Positions 16,953-25,303 of a DNA stretch of 64,000 bases are shown here, one piece after another. Below the pieces are notes generated by a model. The model did no database searches. It worked only from the letters and a program-made list of their open reading frames with translations, and had not been told where the DNA came from. Source of the DNA: Deltaproteobacteria bacterium (GTDB lineage: Bacteria > Desulfobacterota > GWC2-55-46); the NCBI GenBank assembly GCA_016182655.1, contig JACPGB010000056.1:18572-82571 (forward strand), read 5' to 3'. Position 1 is the stretch's first letter. Each line of letters opens with the position of its first letter. The position numbers and the translations under genes are program-made.

Positions 16953-17506
16953 AAAGGCTGGCCGCGATCCTTTTATCGATGCTAATATTCATCCCCGGCG
17001 CGCTCTACGCCGCGCCAGTCGTCAGGGAGAAGAGCTCGATCTCCTTCCTGACGCGGCAGATGGGCGTCCCCGTTTCCGGGAGCTTCAGGAGGTTCGACGC
17101 CGACGTAAGCTATGACCCGAGGAACGCCGGAAAAAGCAGGGCCTCGATCACCATATACATGGACGATGTCGACGCGGGCTCCGACGACGGCACAATCGAA
17201 ATAAAGCGCAAGCCCTGGTTCGATGTGAAAAACCACCCCAGGGCCGAGTTCGTATCGTCATCCTTAAAGGACCTCGGCGCCGGGAGGTACGAGGTCGCCG
17301 GGAAGATGACCATCAAGGGCAGGACCCGCGATGTCTCGGCGCCTGTTGTTGTAAAAAAAGACGGCGGCCTCTGGCTCTTCGACGGCGGCTTCATTATCAA
17401 CCGTCTCGACTTCTCGATAGGCGAAGGCCCCTGGGCCGACACCGGAACGGTCGACGACAAGGTCGAGGTGCGCTTCAGGCTCTTCGCGCCGGCGGATAAA
17501 AAATAA
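16949..17506 (+). CDS. YceI family periplasmic protein
   Basis: Signal peptide plus the YceI pattern (SSISFLTRQMGVPVSGSFRRFDADVSYDP...FDVKNHPRAEFVS...GKMTIKGRTRDVS). Overlaps the b561 stop. Confidence 0.85.
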   Translation: MKRLAAILLSMLIFIPGALYAAPVVREKSSISFLTRQMGVPVSGSFRRFDADVSYDPRNAGKSRASITIYMDDVDAGSDDGTIEIKRKPWFDVKNHPRAEFVSSSLKDLGAGRYEVAGKMTIKGRTRDVSAPVVVKKDGGLWLFDGGFIINRLDFSIGEGPWADTGTVDDKVEVRFRLFAPADKK

Positions 17507-17523
17507 TTCAAAAGGAGATCCCA

Positions 17524-18108
17524 ATGAAGAAACTGCTTCTCTGTCTTATCGTTCTCTTACTCGCCGCGCCCGCCTTAGCCGAGGACTTCACAATCGACCC
17601 CCGGCACACCTTCCCGAGCTTCGAAGTGAACCACATGGGGCTCTCCACCCAGCGGGGCCGGTTCAACTCCACGAGCGGAAAAATAACCCTCGACCGCGCC
17701 GCTAAAAAAGGGACTGTGACCCTCGACATAGACGCAACAACCGTGAACACGGGACTTGCCGAGCTGGAAAAGCACTTAAGGGCCGAGGACTTCTTCAACG
17801 TGGAGAAGTTCCCGAAGATCTCGTTCAGATCGAGCAAGGTCGTATTCGAGGGAGAGAACCCCGGGAGCGTCGAAGGGGAGATAACCCTCCTCGGCGTAAC
17901 AAAGCCCCTGACCCTCACCGTCTCGTCGTTCAACTGCAGGATACACCCGATGACAAAGAAGTACGTCTGCGGCGCTGACGCCTCGGCCACGATCAAGAGG
18001 TCGGAGTTCGGGATGACCTACGCGATACCTGCCGTGAGCGACGAGGTAAGGCTCTTCATACAGGTGGAGGCAATAAGGGACGGGGACGCGGCGGCTTTAA
18101 AGCAGTAA
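17524..18108 (+). CDS. YceI family periplasmic protein (second copy)
   Basis: Signal peptide, then DFTIDPRHTFPSFEVNHMGLSTQRGRFNSTSGKITLD...FFNVEKFPKISFRS...GEITLLGVTKPLTL. Confidence 0.85.
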   Translation: MKKLLLCLIVLLLAAPALAEDFTIDPRHTFPSFEVNHMGLSTQRGRFNSTSGKITLDRAAKKGTVTLDIDATTVNTGLAELEKHLRAEDFFNVEKFPKISFRSSKVVFEGENPGSVEGEITLLGVTKPLTLTVSSFNCRIHPMTKKYVCGADASATIKRSEFGMTYAIPAVSDEVRLFIQVEAIRDGDAAALKQ

Positions 18109-18243
18109 AACGATGGGAAATAAACCCTGCCCAGCCTTTTAAGAAGCCCCCTTATAGGGCACCCGCCCCTTGAAAGGGGGCTTAATTACTTGGATTACTC
18201 CCCCCTTTTGTGATATAAGGTTTTTATAATACGGGATCACGAA

Positions 18244-18597
18244 ATGACCGACTTCTACAAAGGCTCGAATACGAGGGAGTGCTACAGGATAGAGTACCCC
18301 TCGAAGGACCGCCCGGTCTTGAAGACCGAGGACGCGGAATACACCCTCCTCAACTTAAGCGAAAAGGGGGCGAAATTCATCGACCTGAAGGAAAGGCCGG
18401 CAAAGGTCGGTCAGGAGCTCAGGGGGACGATCACTTTCAACTGCGGCATAACCGAGCGCATCGTGGGCGAGGTGATAATGTTGTTCGACAAGCCCGAGCC
18501 TGAGTTCATAGCCGTTTTCAAGACACGCGTCTCCTTCAAGTCCGTCATCTCCGAGCAGAGATTCCTGATAGAGAAGTACAAGCACGCCATATTCTGA
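18244..18597 (+). CDS. Single-domain PilZ protein (c-di-GMP receptor candidate)
   Basis: RxxxR (RECYR) and (D/N)xSxxG (NLSEKG) sit at the expected spacing. Confidence 0.75.
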   Translation: MTDFYKGSNTRECYRIEYPSKDRPVLKTEDAEYTLLNLSEKGAKFIDLKERPAKVGQELRGTITFNCGITERIVGEVIMLFDKPEPEFIAVFKTRVSFKSVISEQRFLIEKYKHAIF

Positions 18598-18717
18598 AAG
18601 CGCCGGGCCTTTTTAATTCTTCCTCCCCGTCTCGCCATTGACATCCTGTCTGAAAAAATGTAAAAATATCCAGCGTAGTCAGGACCATCCGCGGAGCCGG
18701 GGAGAGCGCATTACGCC

Positions 18718-20007
18718 TTGAAAGACAACAACTCCTCAAAATACAAACCTCACCACTTCCTCGCGATCACTCTCGCGTACATCATAGCGATAGAGTCGGT
18801 CCTCATGATCTTCGTCATGCCGCATCTGCCGGAGATGGGCCTGTATCTGAGCGCCGTCGTGGATTCGCTCCTCGTCGGCCTTCTCGTATTCCCGGTCCTG
18901 CACTTCTCCATCTTCAAGCCCCTCATAAAAGACATAAGGAAACGCAAGGAGGCGGAGGAGTCCCTCAAGGTCTCGAACGCCGAGCTCCTTAAGGCGATGG
19001 ACGAGCTCCAGGAAAAGAGCAGGGCGAGCGCGCTCCTCGCGGACATGGACGACCTCCTCCAGAGCTCGAGCGACTTCGAGGAGGCGTACGGGATAATCGG
19101 CAGGTCGTCCACGCTCCTCTTCCCCGGGTCTTCCGGCTCGCTCATGATACTCGCCCCTTCGAGGAACTTTTCGGAATCTTCCGTGAACTGGGGCGGCCGG
19201 GAGCCGTCCTGCAAACCGGAAGCCTGCAACCCCGAGGAGTGCTGGACATTACGACGGGGACAGGTGAACATACTCAAGCAGGACAAGACCGGTTTTCCGT
19301 GCAAGAGCCTCCTTGCGGCGGAAAGGGGCGACTACCTATGCGTGCCCCTGCAGGCGCACGGCGAGGCGCTCGGGGTCTACTTCCTCCAGTTCGAGAGCGA
19401 CAGGCTTACCGAATCCAAGCGACAGCTCGCGCTGACCGCCTCGAAACAGGTGGCTTTGGCGCTCGCCAACTTGAAGCTGACCGAGGCTCTCCGCGTCCAA
19501 TCGGTAAGGGACCCGCTGACGGGCCTCTTCAACAGGCGCTACATGGGAGTCACGCTCGAGAGGGAACTGCACAGGGCCGCGAGACGCGGAAACCCGCTCG
19601 GACTCGTGATGATAGACCTCGACCACTTCAAGAGCTTCAACGACACGTTCGGCCATGACGCGGGGGATTCGGTCCTCCGTGAGCTCGGCGTTTTTTTAAG
19701 GAACCAGACGCGGAAAGAGGACGTGGTATGCAGGTACGGCGGAGAGGAGTTCCTGATAATACTGCCGGACGCCTCGCTCGAGATGTCGAGGAGGAGGGCT
19801 GAAAAGATCAGGGACGAGGTCAAGTACCTGAATCTCCGCCATAACGGAGCGCCGCTCGGGCCCGTGACGTTATCGATGGGGGTCGCGGCCTTTCCTGAAA
19901 ACGGCCCATCTCCCGACGGGATAATAGAAGCGGCCGACAAGGCGCTCTACGTTGCCAAGACCGGCGGCAGAAACATGGTCGTCATCGCGGACTCGGAGCA
20001 GGTCTGA
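18718..20007 (+). CDS. Membrane-anchored GAF-GGDEF diguanylate cyclase
   Basis: Two N-terminal hydrophobic helices, a coiled coil and a GAF-like middle. The cyclase motifs are DPLTGLFNRRY and RKEDVVCRYGGEEF, which include an RxxD I-site five residues before GGEEF. The TTG start at 18718 is uncertain. Confidence 0.9.
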   Translation: MKDNNSSKYKPHHFLAITLAYIIAIESVLMIFVMPHLPEMGLYLSAVVDSLLVGLLVFPVLHFSIFKPLIKDIRKRKEAEESLKVSNAELLKAMDELQEKSRASALLADMDDLLQSSSDFEEAYGIIGRSSTLLFPGSSGSLMILAPSRNFSESSVNWGGREPSCKPEACNPEECWTLRRGQVNILKQDKTGFPCKSLLAAERGDYLCVPLQAHGEALGVYFLQFESDRLTESKRQLALTASKQVALALANLKLTEALRVQSVRDPLTGLFNRRYMGVTLERELHRAARRGNPLGLVMIDLDHFKSFNDTFGHDAGDSVLRELGVFLRNQTRKEDVVCRYGGEEFLIILPDASLEMSRRRAEKIRDEVKYLNLRHNGAPLGPVTLSMGVAAFPENGPSPDGIIEAADKALYVAKTGGRNMVVIADSEQV

Positions 20008-20035
20008 GGACGGAGCCCCTCCCCTCAAAGAGCGC

Positions 20036-20305
20036 TCAAGGCGACCAGCCGAAAAGATAAACGCCGGTCTTAAGCCCCTTTCTCAACACCACGGCAAGAC
20101 CCTTCTCCTCAGACCCTTTCTTTTCTTTCTCAGGCTGAAGCCCTTGCTTAAGCGCGCCTTCGGCCCCCATGCTCCTTGCTTTGACGGTCGACGCCATGGC
20201 AGTTTCCTTCCCGGCTTTCTTGACGGAAAGGTCCCTGTCTATGTGCCTTACGCAACCAATGATAAGAAACGCCGTAAATGCTATTGTAATAAGGACGGCT
20301 ATCAT
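20036..20305 (-). CDS. Small Lys-rich membrane- or lipid-anchored protein, hypothetical
   Basis: The N-terminus MIAVLITIAFTAFLIIGC resembles a lipobox. AAGAGG lies about 10 nt upstream of the ATG. No family was recognised. Confidence 0.35.
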   Translation of the reverse strand: MIAVLITIAFTAFLIIGCVRHIDRDLSVKKAGKETAMASTVKARSMGAEGALKQGLQPEKEKKGSEEKGLAVVLRKGLKTGVYLFGWSP

Positions 20306-20449
20306 TCTGACATGACCTCTTAAGATACGGGCGAGTGAAAGTTTTTGGAGCCTATAAAGTGTAATACGGTATCAGGCCATGTCAAGCCCAGTCACAACAA
20401 CACAGGCGCAACCATGCGATTTTCAAGGGTTTTTATTTAGAGCCGCATC

Positions 20450-20478
20450 CTGACTCATACCCTCTCATGTGTTATAAT
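20450..20478 (+). promoter_or_regulatory. Promoter candidate with an extended -10 for small ORF 1
   Basis: cTGACt (20450-20455), then 17 nt, then TGtTATAAT (20470-20478). The SD site GAAGGGGGTG lies at 20486-20495. Confidence 0.5.
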
Positions 20479-20498
20479 TATAAAAGAAGGGGGTGGCT

Positions 20499-20612
20499 AT
20501 GATGTTTGCCGAGTGGCACGATCCTGAGATAAGGCATCTGGACGAGTTTTATATCTCGTTCACCATCTTCCTGACGCTTGTGATACTTATAGGCGGTGCT
20601 ATCCTCCTGTAA
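20499..20612 (+). CDS. 37-aa membrane peptide, paralogue 1 (below the ORF-track size cut-off)
   Basis: The product is MMFAEWHDPEIRHLDEFYISFTIFLTLVILIGGAILL. It has a strong SD site, its own promoter-like signal, and a paralogue 295 nt downstream. Confidence 0.55.
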   Translation: MMFAEWHDPEIRHLDEFYISFTIFLTLVILIGGAILL

Positions 20613-20762
20613 GTATTCAGCGAGCGGAAGCGAGACAAGGTCGAAAAGCCCTAAAGGGTGAGAGGGTAGGTCTGCGCAATCTATCGCCTTCAATGCTTAC
20701 CTCGACTATTCATTTCCAAAAGGTTTTTTGCAAGCGCCCGCCCTCCTTCATACTTTGCGATG

Positions 20763-20771
20763 TGATACAAT
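20763..20771 (+). promoter_or_regulatory. Extended -10 candidate for small ORF 2
   Basis: TGaTACAAT lies at 20763-20771 and the SD site GAAGGGGGTG at 20778-20787. The -35 is weak. Confidence 0.4.
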
Positions 20772-20793
20772 TATTTTGAAGGGGGTGAAGACG

Positions 20794-20907
20794 ATGACAA
20801 CCGTCGATTGGCATGATCCTGAGATGAGGCACGCTTATGAATTTTATCTCGCAGTCTCCATTTTCATGACGCTTGCAATGATCATCGGAGGCGCGATCTT
20901 CTTTTAA
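20794..20907 (+). CDS. 37-aa membrane peptide, paralogue 2
   Basis: The product is MTTVDWHDPEMRHAYEFYLAVSIFMTLAMIIGGAIFF. It has the same length, the WHDPE(I/M)RH motif, a C-terminal helix with IGGAI, and the same SD site as paralogue 1. Confidence 0.55.
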   Translation: MTTVDWHDPEMRHAYEFYLAVSIFMTLAMIIGGAIFF

Positions 20908-20948
20908 GTAAGCCCTTCAGTTATCCCGAATAAGACTGAAAGGTGAGA

Positions 20949-20974
20949 GGAGGCGTATAGCCTCCCTTTTTTTT
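20949..20974 (+). terminator. Rho-independent terminator after small ORF 2
   Basis: The stem is GGAGGC-GTATA-GCCTCC, followed by C and then eight T residues (20967-20974). Confidence 0.7.
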
Positions 20975-21044
20975 ATTTCCCCTTCAAGCGGAAATCCCGG
21001 TTTTATGATATATTTACGCGAGGACAAACCTTTTGAGGCGACCA

Positions 21045-22094
21045 ATGGGCCCGGAAAATCTTTTGAAGGAAGACCTTAAAACCGAGAACGCCGGTTACGT
21101 GATCAGCCCCGTCGAGGCGGAGGCGAGGCGCTCGCGGGTAGACCGGGTCCTCAGCACCCTGGCCGAGGAGACCGCTCGCTCAACAGGGGTGGATTTTCTC
21201 AAGGTACTCGTCAGGCACCTTGCCGAGGCGGTGGGTTTCAAGTACGCCCTCGTAGGCGAGGTCTACGGAGAAAAAAAAGAAAATCTCAAGACCCTCGCCC
21301 TCTGGACGGACGGGAAGGAGAGCGACAATATAGCTTACGCGCTGTCAGGCACGCCATGCGGGAATGTGGCAGGCAAGACCGTCTGCGCGTACCTTAAAAA
21401 CACATGGAAGCTCTTCCCTGATGACGGGATGCTCAAGGACCTCAAGATCGAGAGCTACATCGGAGCGCCTATCTTCGACTCCTCCGGCTCTCCGTTGGGC
21501 GTCCTTGCCGCTTTTCACGACGAGCCCGCGGGCGACGCCTCGGACTTGAGGCTCATGCTCTCCACATTCGTCATAAGGGCGGGGATAGAGCTCAAGCGCA
21601 TCAAGGCGGGGGATGAAAAAAAGACGGCCGAGGAGGGGCTCCAAAGGATAGTACGGGAAAAGACCGTCGAGCTCGAAAGGGCGAACGAGGCGCTCCGGCA
21701 CGAGCTCGAAGCGCTCCGAAAATACAGGGACGAGAGCTCTATGCTCTACGGAGCCGTCACGGAATCCTCGGGGGACTTCATCTTTATAATAGGCGCCGAC
21801 CTCCGCGTCAGGTTCATAAACAGGACGGCGGCCGCCTTCCTCGGTTGCAGGCGAGATGATATGCAGGGCAGGCGTCTCGACGAGATCTTCCCTCCGTCCA
21901 TACACGGATTCATCATGCAAAACCTCGAAGAGGTCTTCCGCACCGGCAAACCCTACTTCAGGGAGGAAGACTTCTCCTCAAGGGGCAGGTCCCTCTGGCT
22001 CGGGACGAGGCTCTCGCCCGTGGCAGGCGAGGACGGAAAGGTAACGGCGGTCCTCGGCATCTCGCGCGAAATAACCTCCAGGTTCCGGAAATAA
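21045..22094 (+). CDS. GAF-PAS sensor protein without a recognisable output domain
   Basis: GAF-like region (YALVGEVYG...ESYIGAPIFDSSGSPLGVLAAFHDEP), a coiled coil, then PAS (SSMLYGAVTESSGDFIFIIGADLRVRFINRTAAAFLG...). The ATG at 21045 is preferred over the TTG at 21033. Confidence 0.8.
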   Translation: MGPENLLKEDLKTENAGYVISPVEAEARRSRVDRVLSTLAEETARSTGVDFLKVLVRHLAEAVGFKYALVGEVYGEKKENLKTLALWTDGKESDNIAYALSGTPCGNVAGKTVCAYLKNTWKLFPDDGMLKDLKIESYIGAPIFDSSGSPLGVLAAFHDEPAGDASDLRLMLSTFVIRAGIELKRIKAGDEKKTAEEGLQRIVREKTVELERANEALRHELEALRKYRDESSMLYGAVTESSGDFIFIIGADLRVRFINRTAAAFLGCRRDDMQGRRLDEIFPPSIHGFIMQNLEEVFRTGKPYFREEDFSSRGRSLWLGTRLSPVAGEDGKVTAVLGISREITSRFRK

Positions 22095-22246
22095 CCCGTA
22101 CGCCCCGGAAACCCGGCCCGCCTGTCTCCGTTCAGCCCGTAAAACCGACTCCTGCTTCTCCCTTGACAACGCCGCCTTTTAAGGTAGAGTCAAAGCATAG
22201 GGTTTGATTTCCTCCGAGTCAATGAACGCGCAAGGGGGTGAAAACA

Positions 22247-22657
22247 ATGTTGTTAAGGGAGATAATGCAGAAAAAGGTCGTGACGATCTCTCCTGACGCC
22301 ACGATAAGGGAAGCCGCCAAGAAGATGAAGGATTACAGGATAGGCTACCTCATGATCACGAACGGCGAGAGCCTGAAGGGTTGCTTGACCGACAGGGACC
22401 TCGTCCTCTGGCTCGCGAACGGCAAGAACCCGGACGACACAAGGATAGACACCATAATGCAGTCGAATGTCATCTCGGCGGCCCCTGATACCGATGTCTT
22501 CGACGCTTCCAAGCTCATGGCCAGAAAGAAGATACGGAGGCTCCCGATAATCGAGAACGGCAAGGTGGCGGGGCTCGTATCCGTCTCCGACATAGCCTCG
22601 GTCATCGAGGAAGAGGTCGACAACTTCTTCCACGTAGAGGAGGCTTACCAGCTCTAA
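22247..22657 (+). CDS. CBS-domain pair protein
   Basis: There are two CBS repeats: IMQKKVVTISPDATIREAAKKMKDYRIGYLMI and IMQSNVISAAPDTDVFDASKLMARKKIRRLPIIENGKVAGLVSVSDI. The ATG at 22247 follows AAGGGGGTG. Confidence 0.85.
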   Translation: MLLREIMQKKVVTISPDATIREAAKKMKDYRIGYLMITNGESLKGCLTDRDLVLWLANGKNPDDTRIDTIMQSNVISAAPDTDVFDASKLMARKKIRRLPIIENGKVAGLVSVSDIASVIEEEVDNFFHVEEAYQL

Positions 22658-22688
22658 AAGAGAATTGAACGACATGCCAGTATGAAGT

Positions 22689-22801
22689 CTGCCCCTCGGA
22701 TTGCATCAGGCCGGTAGATGAGAGGGGAGTAGCAGGGGAAACCCTGTTAGTCTCCTCCCGTCAAACGGTCTGAAAGATCCGAGGGGCAGTTGTGTTTTTG
22801 G
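22689..22801 (+). terminator. Long hairpin closed by a 13-bp stem with a T-rich tail (terminator or structured RNA)
   Basis: CTGCCCCTCGGAT (22689-22701) pairs with ATCCGAGGGGCAG (22777-22789) and is followed by TTGTGTTTTTGG. It lies in the convergent gap after the CBS gene. Confidence 0.45.
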
Positions 22802-22929
22802 GGAACGGCTTTTAAGCTTCTCCTCCCTCGACGGGAGACAGGGGCGGTAATACCGTTATCCCGCGTGCTTTAAGCTGGGATCCAGTGTCTGCCTTACAAA
22901 CTGGCGGGGCTTATATGGCGCGGAGCAAC

Positions 22930-23919
22930 TCACCTCGCTACCGCGCCAGCACAGCTCGACCCGGCGCCTGCCGTGCAACCGTAGCAATGCGCTCCGGTGA
23001 CTATCCTCCTTACCGAGAGCCTCTCGTGGTCGAAGTCCCTTATATGGTCCGGGGGACCTCCGCACTTCAATCCCAGCATCTGGTTGAAGTCGCAGTCGTA
23101 CAAAGACCCGTCCCACGCAACAGAGATCGTATTCCTGCACATTACATTTACCGCGGCCTCGGGGTTGTAGGAGGACTTAAGCCTCTCCATATATCCGATG
23201 AAGTTCCCCGAGACGTTCAGGAATTCGAGGAACCTGCCGACCGGCATGTTGGTTATTGTGAAGAGCCCGGTAAAGGATACGCCGTGCCTTTTCTTCAATT
23301 CGCGCCTAAAGTCCGCCTCTATCGATTTCTCCGGCGGCGGCAGGAACGCGCCGCACGGGTTGTAGACGAGGAAGAGCTTAAGGCCGCTCCCTTCCACACC
23401 GTAGCCGACTGAATTGAGTGCGCGGAGCGCCTCGATAGACGAAGCGAACACGCCCCCTCCCCTCTGCCTGTCGGTAGTCTCGGAGCTGAAATACGGCAGA
23501 GACGCGACGACCTCGACCCTGTTCCGCGCGAAGAACTCCGGAAGATCGGTGTAGCCGTCTTTGGTGAGTATCGTGAGGTTCGTCCTCGTCTTGATATTTA
23601 TTCCGAAAGACGACGCAGTTTCAACAAGCCTCCTGTAGTTCGCGTTCATCTCAGGGGCGCCGCCGGTTATGTCGAGCGTTGGGTATCTCTGCCGCTTGAT
23701 GACCCGGAGACACTCGTCCACGATGGATGCGTCCATCGCTTCGGTCCTGCCCGGCCCGGCGCCGACATGGCAGTGCCTGCAGGAGAGGTTGCAGACCCTG
23801 CCCAGGTTCATCTGGAATACCGAGATGGACTCGCTCATGAGCGGGAAGAGGTTTGATTCTCCGAGCGACCTCTCGAACGGGTTCCGCGCCTCCGCAGCCT
23901 CGCGTGCCGCCTCCGTCAC
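22930..23919 (-). CDS. arsS: Arsenosugar-biosynthesis-type radical SAM protein ArsS (Cys form)
   Basis: The motifs are CNLSCRHCH (CxxxCxxC), LDITGGAPE, VMCRNTISVAWDGSLYDCDFNQ and the C-terminal HCYGCTAGAGSSCAG. The GTG start at 23919 gives a GTGA overlap with the upstream stop. The 452-aa track ORF is an out-of-frame read-through of the upstream gene. Confidence 0.85.
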   Translation of the reverse strand: MTEAAREAAEARNPFERSLGESNLFPLMSESISVFQMNLGRVCNLSCRHCHVGAGPGRTEAMDASIVDECLRVIKRQRYPTLDITGGAPEMNANYRRLVETASSFGINIKTRTNLTILTKDGYTDLPEFFARNRVEVVASLPYFSSETTDRQRGGGVFASSIEALRALNSVGYGVEGSGLKLFLVYNPCGAFLPPPEKSIEADFRRELKKRHGVSFTGLFTITNMPVGRFLEFLNVSGNFIGYMERLKSSYNPEAAVNVMCRNTISVAWDGSLYDCDFNQMLGLKCGGPPDHIRDFDHERLSVRRIVTGAHCYGCTAGAGSSCAGAVAR

Positions 23920-24248
23920 ATCCCCACCTTGTCCGCGGCGTTCTTCATCTGCACGCCGTGCACGAGCGCGGCACCGCCTTTTATGGCGGCGGCTACGTGG
24001 ACCGCCTCTGTCATCTGGTCCTTGTTCGACCCCTTCTCGAGGCACGCCTGCGTGTAGGCGTCGATGCAGTACGGGCACTGCACGGCGTGGGCCACGGCGA
24101 GCGCGATAAGGGCCTTCTCCCTCTCCGTGAGCGCGCCCTCGGCAAAGACGGCCCCGTACCATTCGCTGAACTTCTTCCAGAGATGAGGGGCCCCTTCGGA
24201 GATGGTCGAGAACTTCTTGAGGTCTTCGGGATTGTAATAGGTCTCCAT
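23916..24248 (-). CDS. AhpD/carboxymuconolactone decarboxylase-like protein (arsenosugar-associated peroxidase-like family)
   Basis: LTEREKALIALAVAHAVQCPYCIDAYT carries the CxxC of the AhpD fold. It is translationally coupled to arsS. Confidence 0.8.
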   Translation of the reverse strand: METYYNPEDLKKFSTISEGAPHLWKKFSEWYGAVFAEGALTEREKALIALAVAHAVQCPYCIDAYTQACLEKGSNKDQMTEAVHVAAAIKGGAALVHGVQMKNAADKVGM

Positions 24249-24421
24249 GTTGCCTCCTGTGTAATATTTTTGGCATGACCCCGGGCATGGGGCGATAAAG
24301 CCCCTATGCCCGAAGGAGAGCGCAAACTGTCTGTGATTTGGCGCGATTTAAAAAGATTAGTATAGGCGTACCCGGCGTGTCAAGGGGTTTGGCCGGAGAG
24401 GACCGGTTTAGGGACGCCTCG

Positions 24422-25147
24422 TTACTTATTGCCGTTCTTCGCCCTCCTTATCCGCTCCTCGGCCTTTGTTATCCGCCGCATGAGCCTGTCCACGCGGGAA
24501 CCGATCCCGAAGACTTCGCCAAGGGGCTTGGCGAGCCTCACCCGAGCCTCAGGCCTTGAATACTTGACGTAGATCATCCCGATGAAGGCTATGACGAGCC
24601 CGCCTATGAGGTCGTCTATCAAGTCCATCATCGTGTCGTCGAGGCCGTCCTGGGTATGCTTGTGGAAGAGGACGTCGACCGAGTACTCGCCAATCTCCCA
24701 TAGCCCGCCGACACCCATGGCGAATATGATCGTAAAAAAGCCTATCATGGGTATGGAGAGGCGGACCTTCCTCGTGTAATGGAGCGTATAGACGATGACG
24801 AAACCGAGGAGCGCGACGACCCCGCCGCCGTAGAGGTGGAGGAGCTGGTCCCATATCTCGTACTTCTGGTAGAAGTCCATACCCTCGCCCACGAAGGTGT
24901 GGAGGAAGAGTGAGAGCGTTATGAGGAAATCGAGCTCAAAGGGGAGCGTTATGCGGTAGTTCTTCTGGACAATGGAGGGGACGAGCGAGACGCCGACGGC
25001 CATCATAGCGGCCACGGAAAAAAGGTACTGGCCGTAGTATATCTCGTGAGGTATGAGAACGACCATGAGGAGCTTCATGGACCAGGAGAGGGCCGTGGAG
25101 ACCGAAACGGTCCGCCAGTTCTTGAAGATCCCTTTCAGTTGAAGCAT
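24422..25147 (-). CDS. Integral membrane protein, possibly DUF2238/YjdF-like
   Basis: Six or seven hydrophobic segments. The motifs WDQLLHLYGG and WEIGEYSVD...TQDGLDDTMMDLIDDLIGG are present. The family assignment is tentative. Confidence 0.65.
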   Translation of the reverse strand: MLQLKGIFKNWRTVSVSTALSWSMKLLMVVLIPHEIYYGQYLFSVAAMMAVGVSLVPSIVQKNYRITLPFELDFLITLSLFLHTFVGEGMDFYQKYEIWDQLLHLYGGGVVALLGFVIVYTLHYTRKVRLSIPMIGFFTIIFAMGVGGLWEIGEYSVDVLFHKHTQDGLDDTMMDLIDDLIGGLVIAFIGMIYVKYSRPEARVRLAKPLGEVFGIGSRVDRLMRRITKAEERIRRAKNGNK

Positions 25148-25303
25148 ATCCCTCGCGGATTCTCCCTGGTTTTACTTTGACGCCTTCGACCCTCTCTTTA
25201 ATTATCCTTTAAAAAACAAAAAAGGCAACCCCTGATTTGCCCCCCGTTTACAGGACAACGGAAGGCGGCTATACTCTTCAAAAGACCATAAGGAGGTAAA
25301 AGC

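Noticed and set aside
20478-20693. Minus-strand 71-aa ORF overlapping small peptide gene 1
   Set aside because: It has no SD site and no paralogue at the second cassette. The plus-strand peptide is duplicated with conserved length and motif.
23920-24288. N-terminal 123 codons of the 452-aa track ORF (22930-24288), and the ORFs 24011-24325 and 23669-24278
   Set aside because: These Arg-rich off-frame translations lie across the AhpD-like gene. ArsS homology begins near the GTG at 23919, which overlaps the upstream stop.
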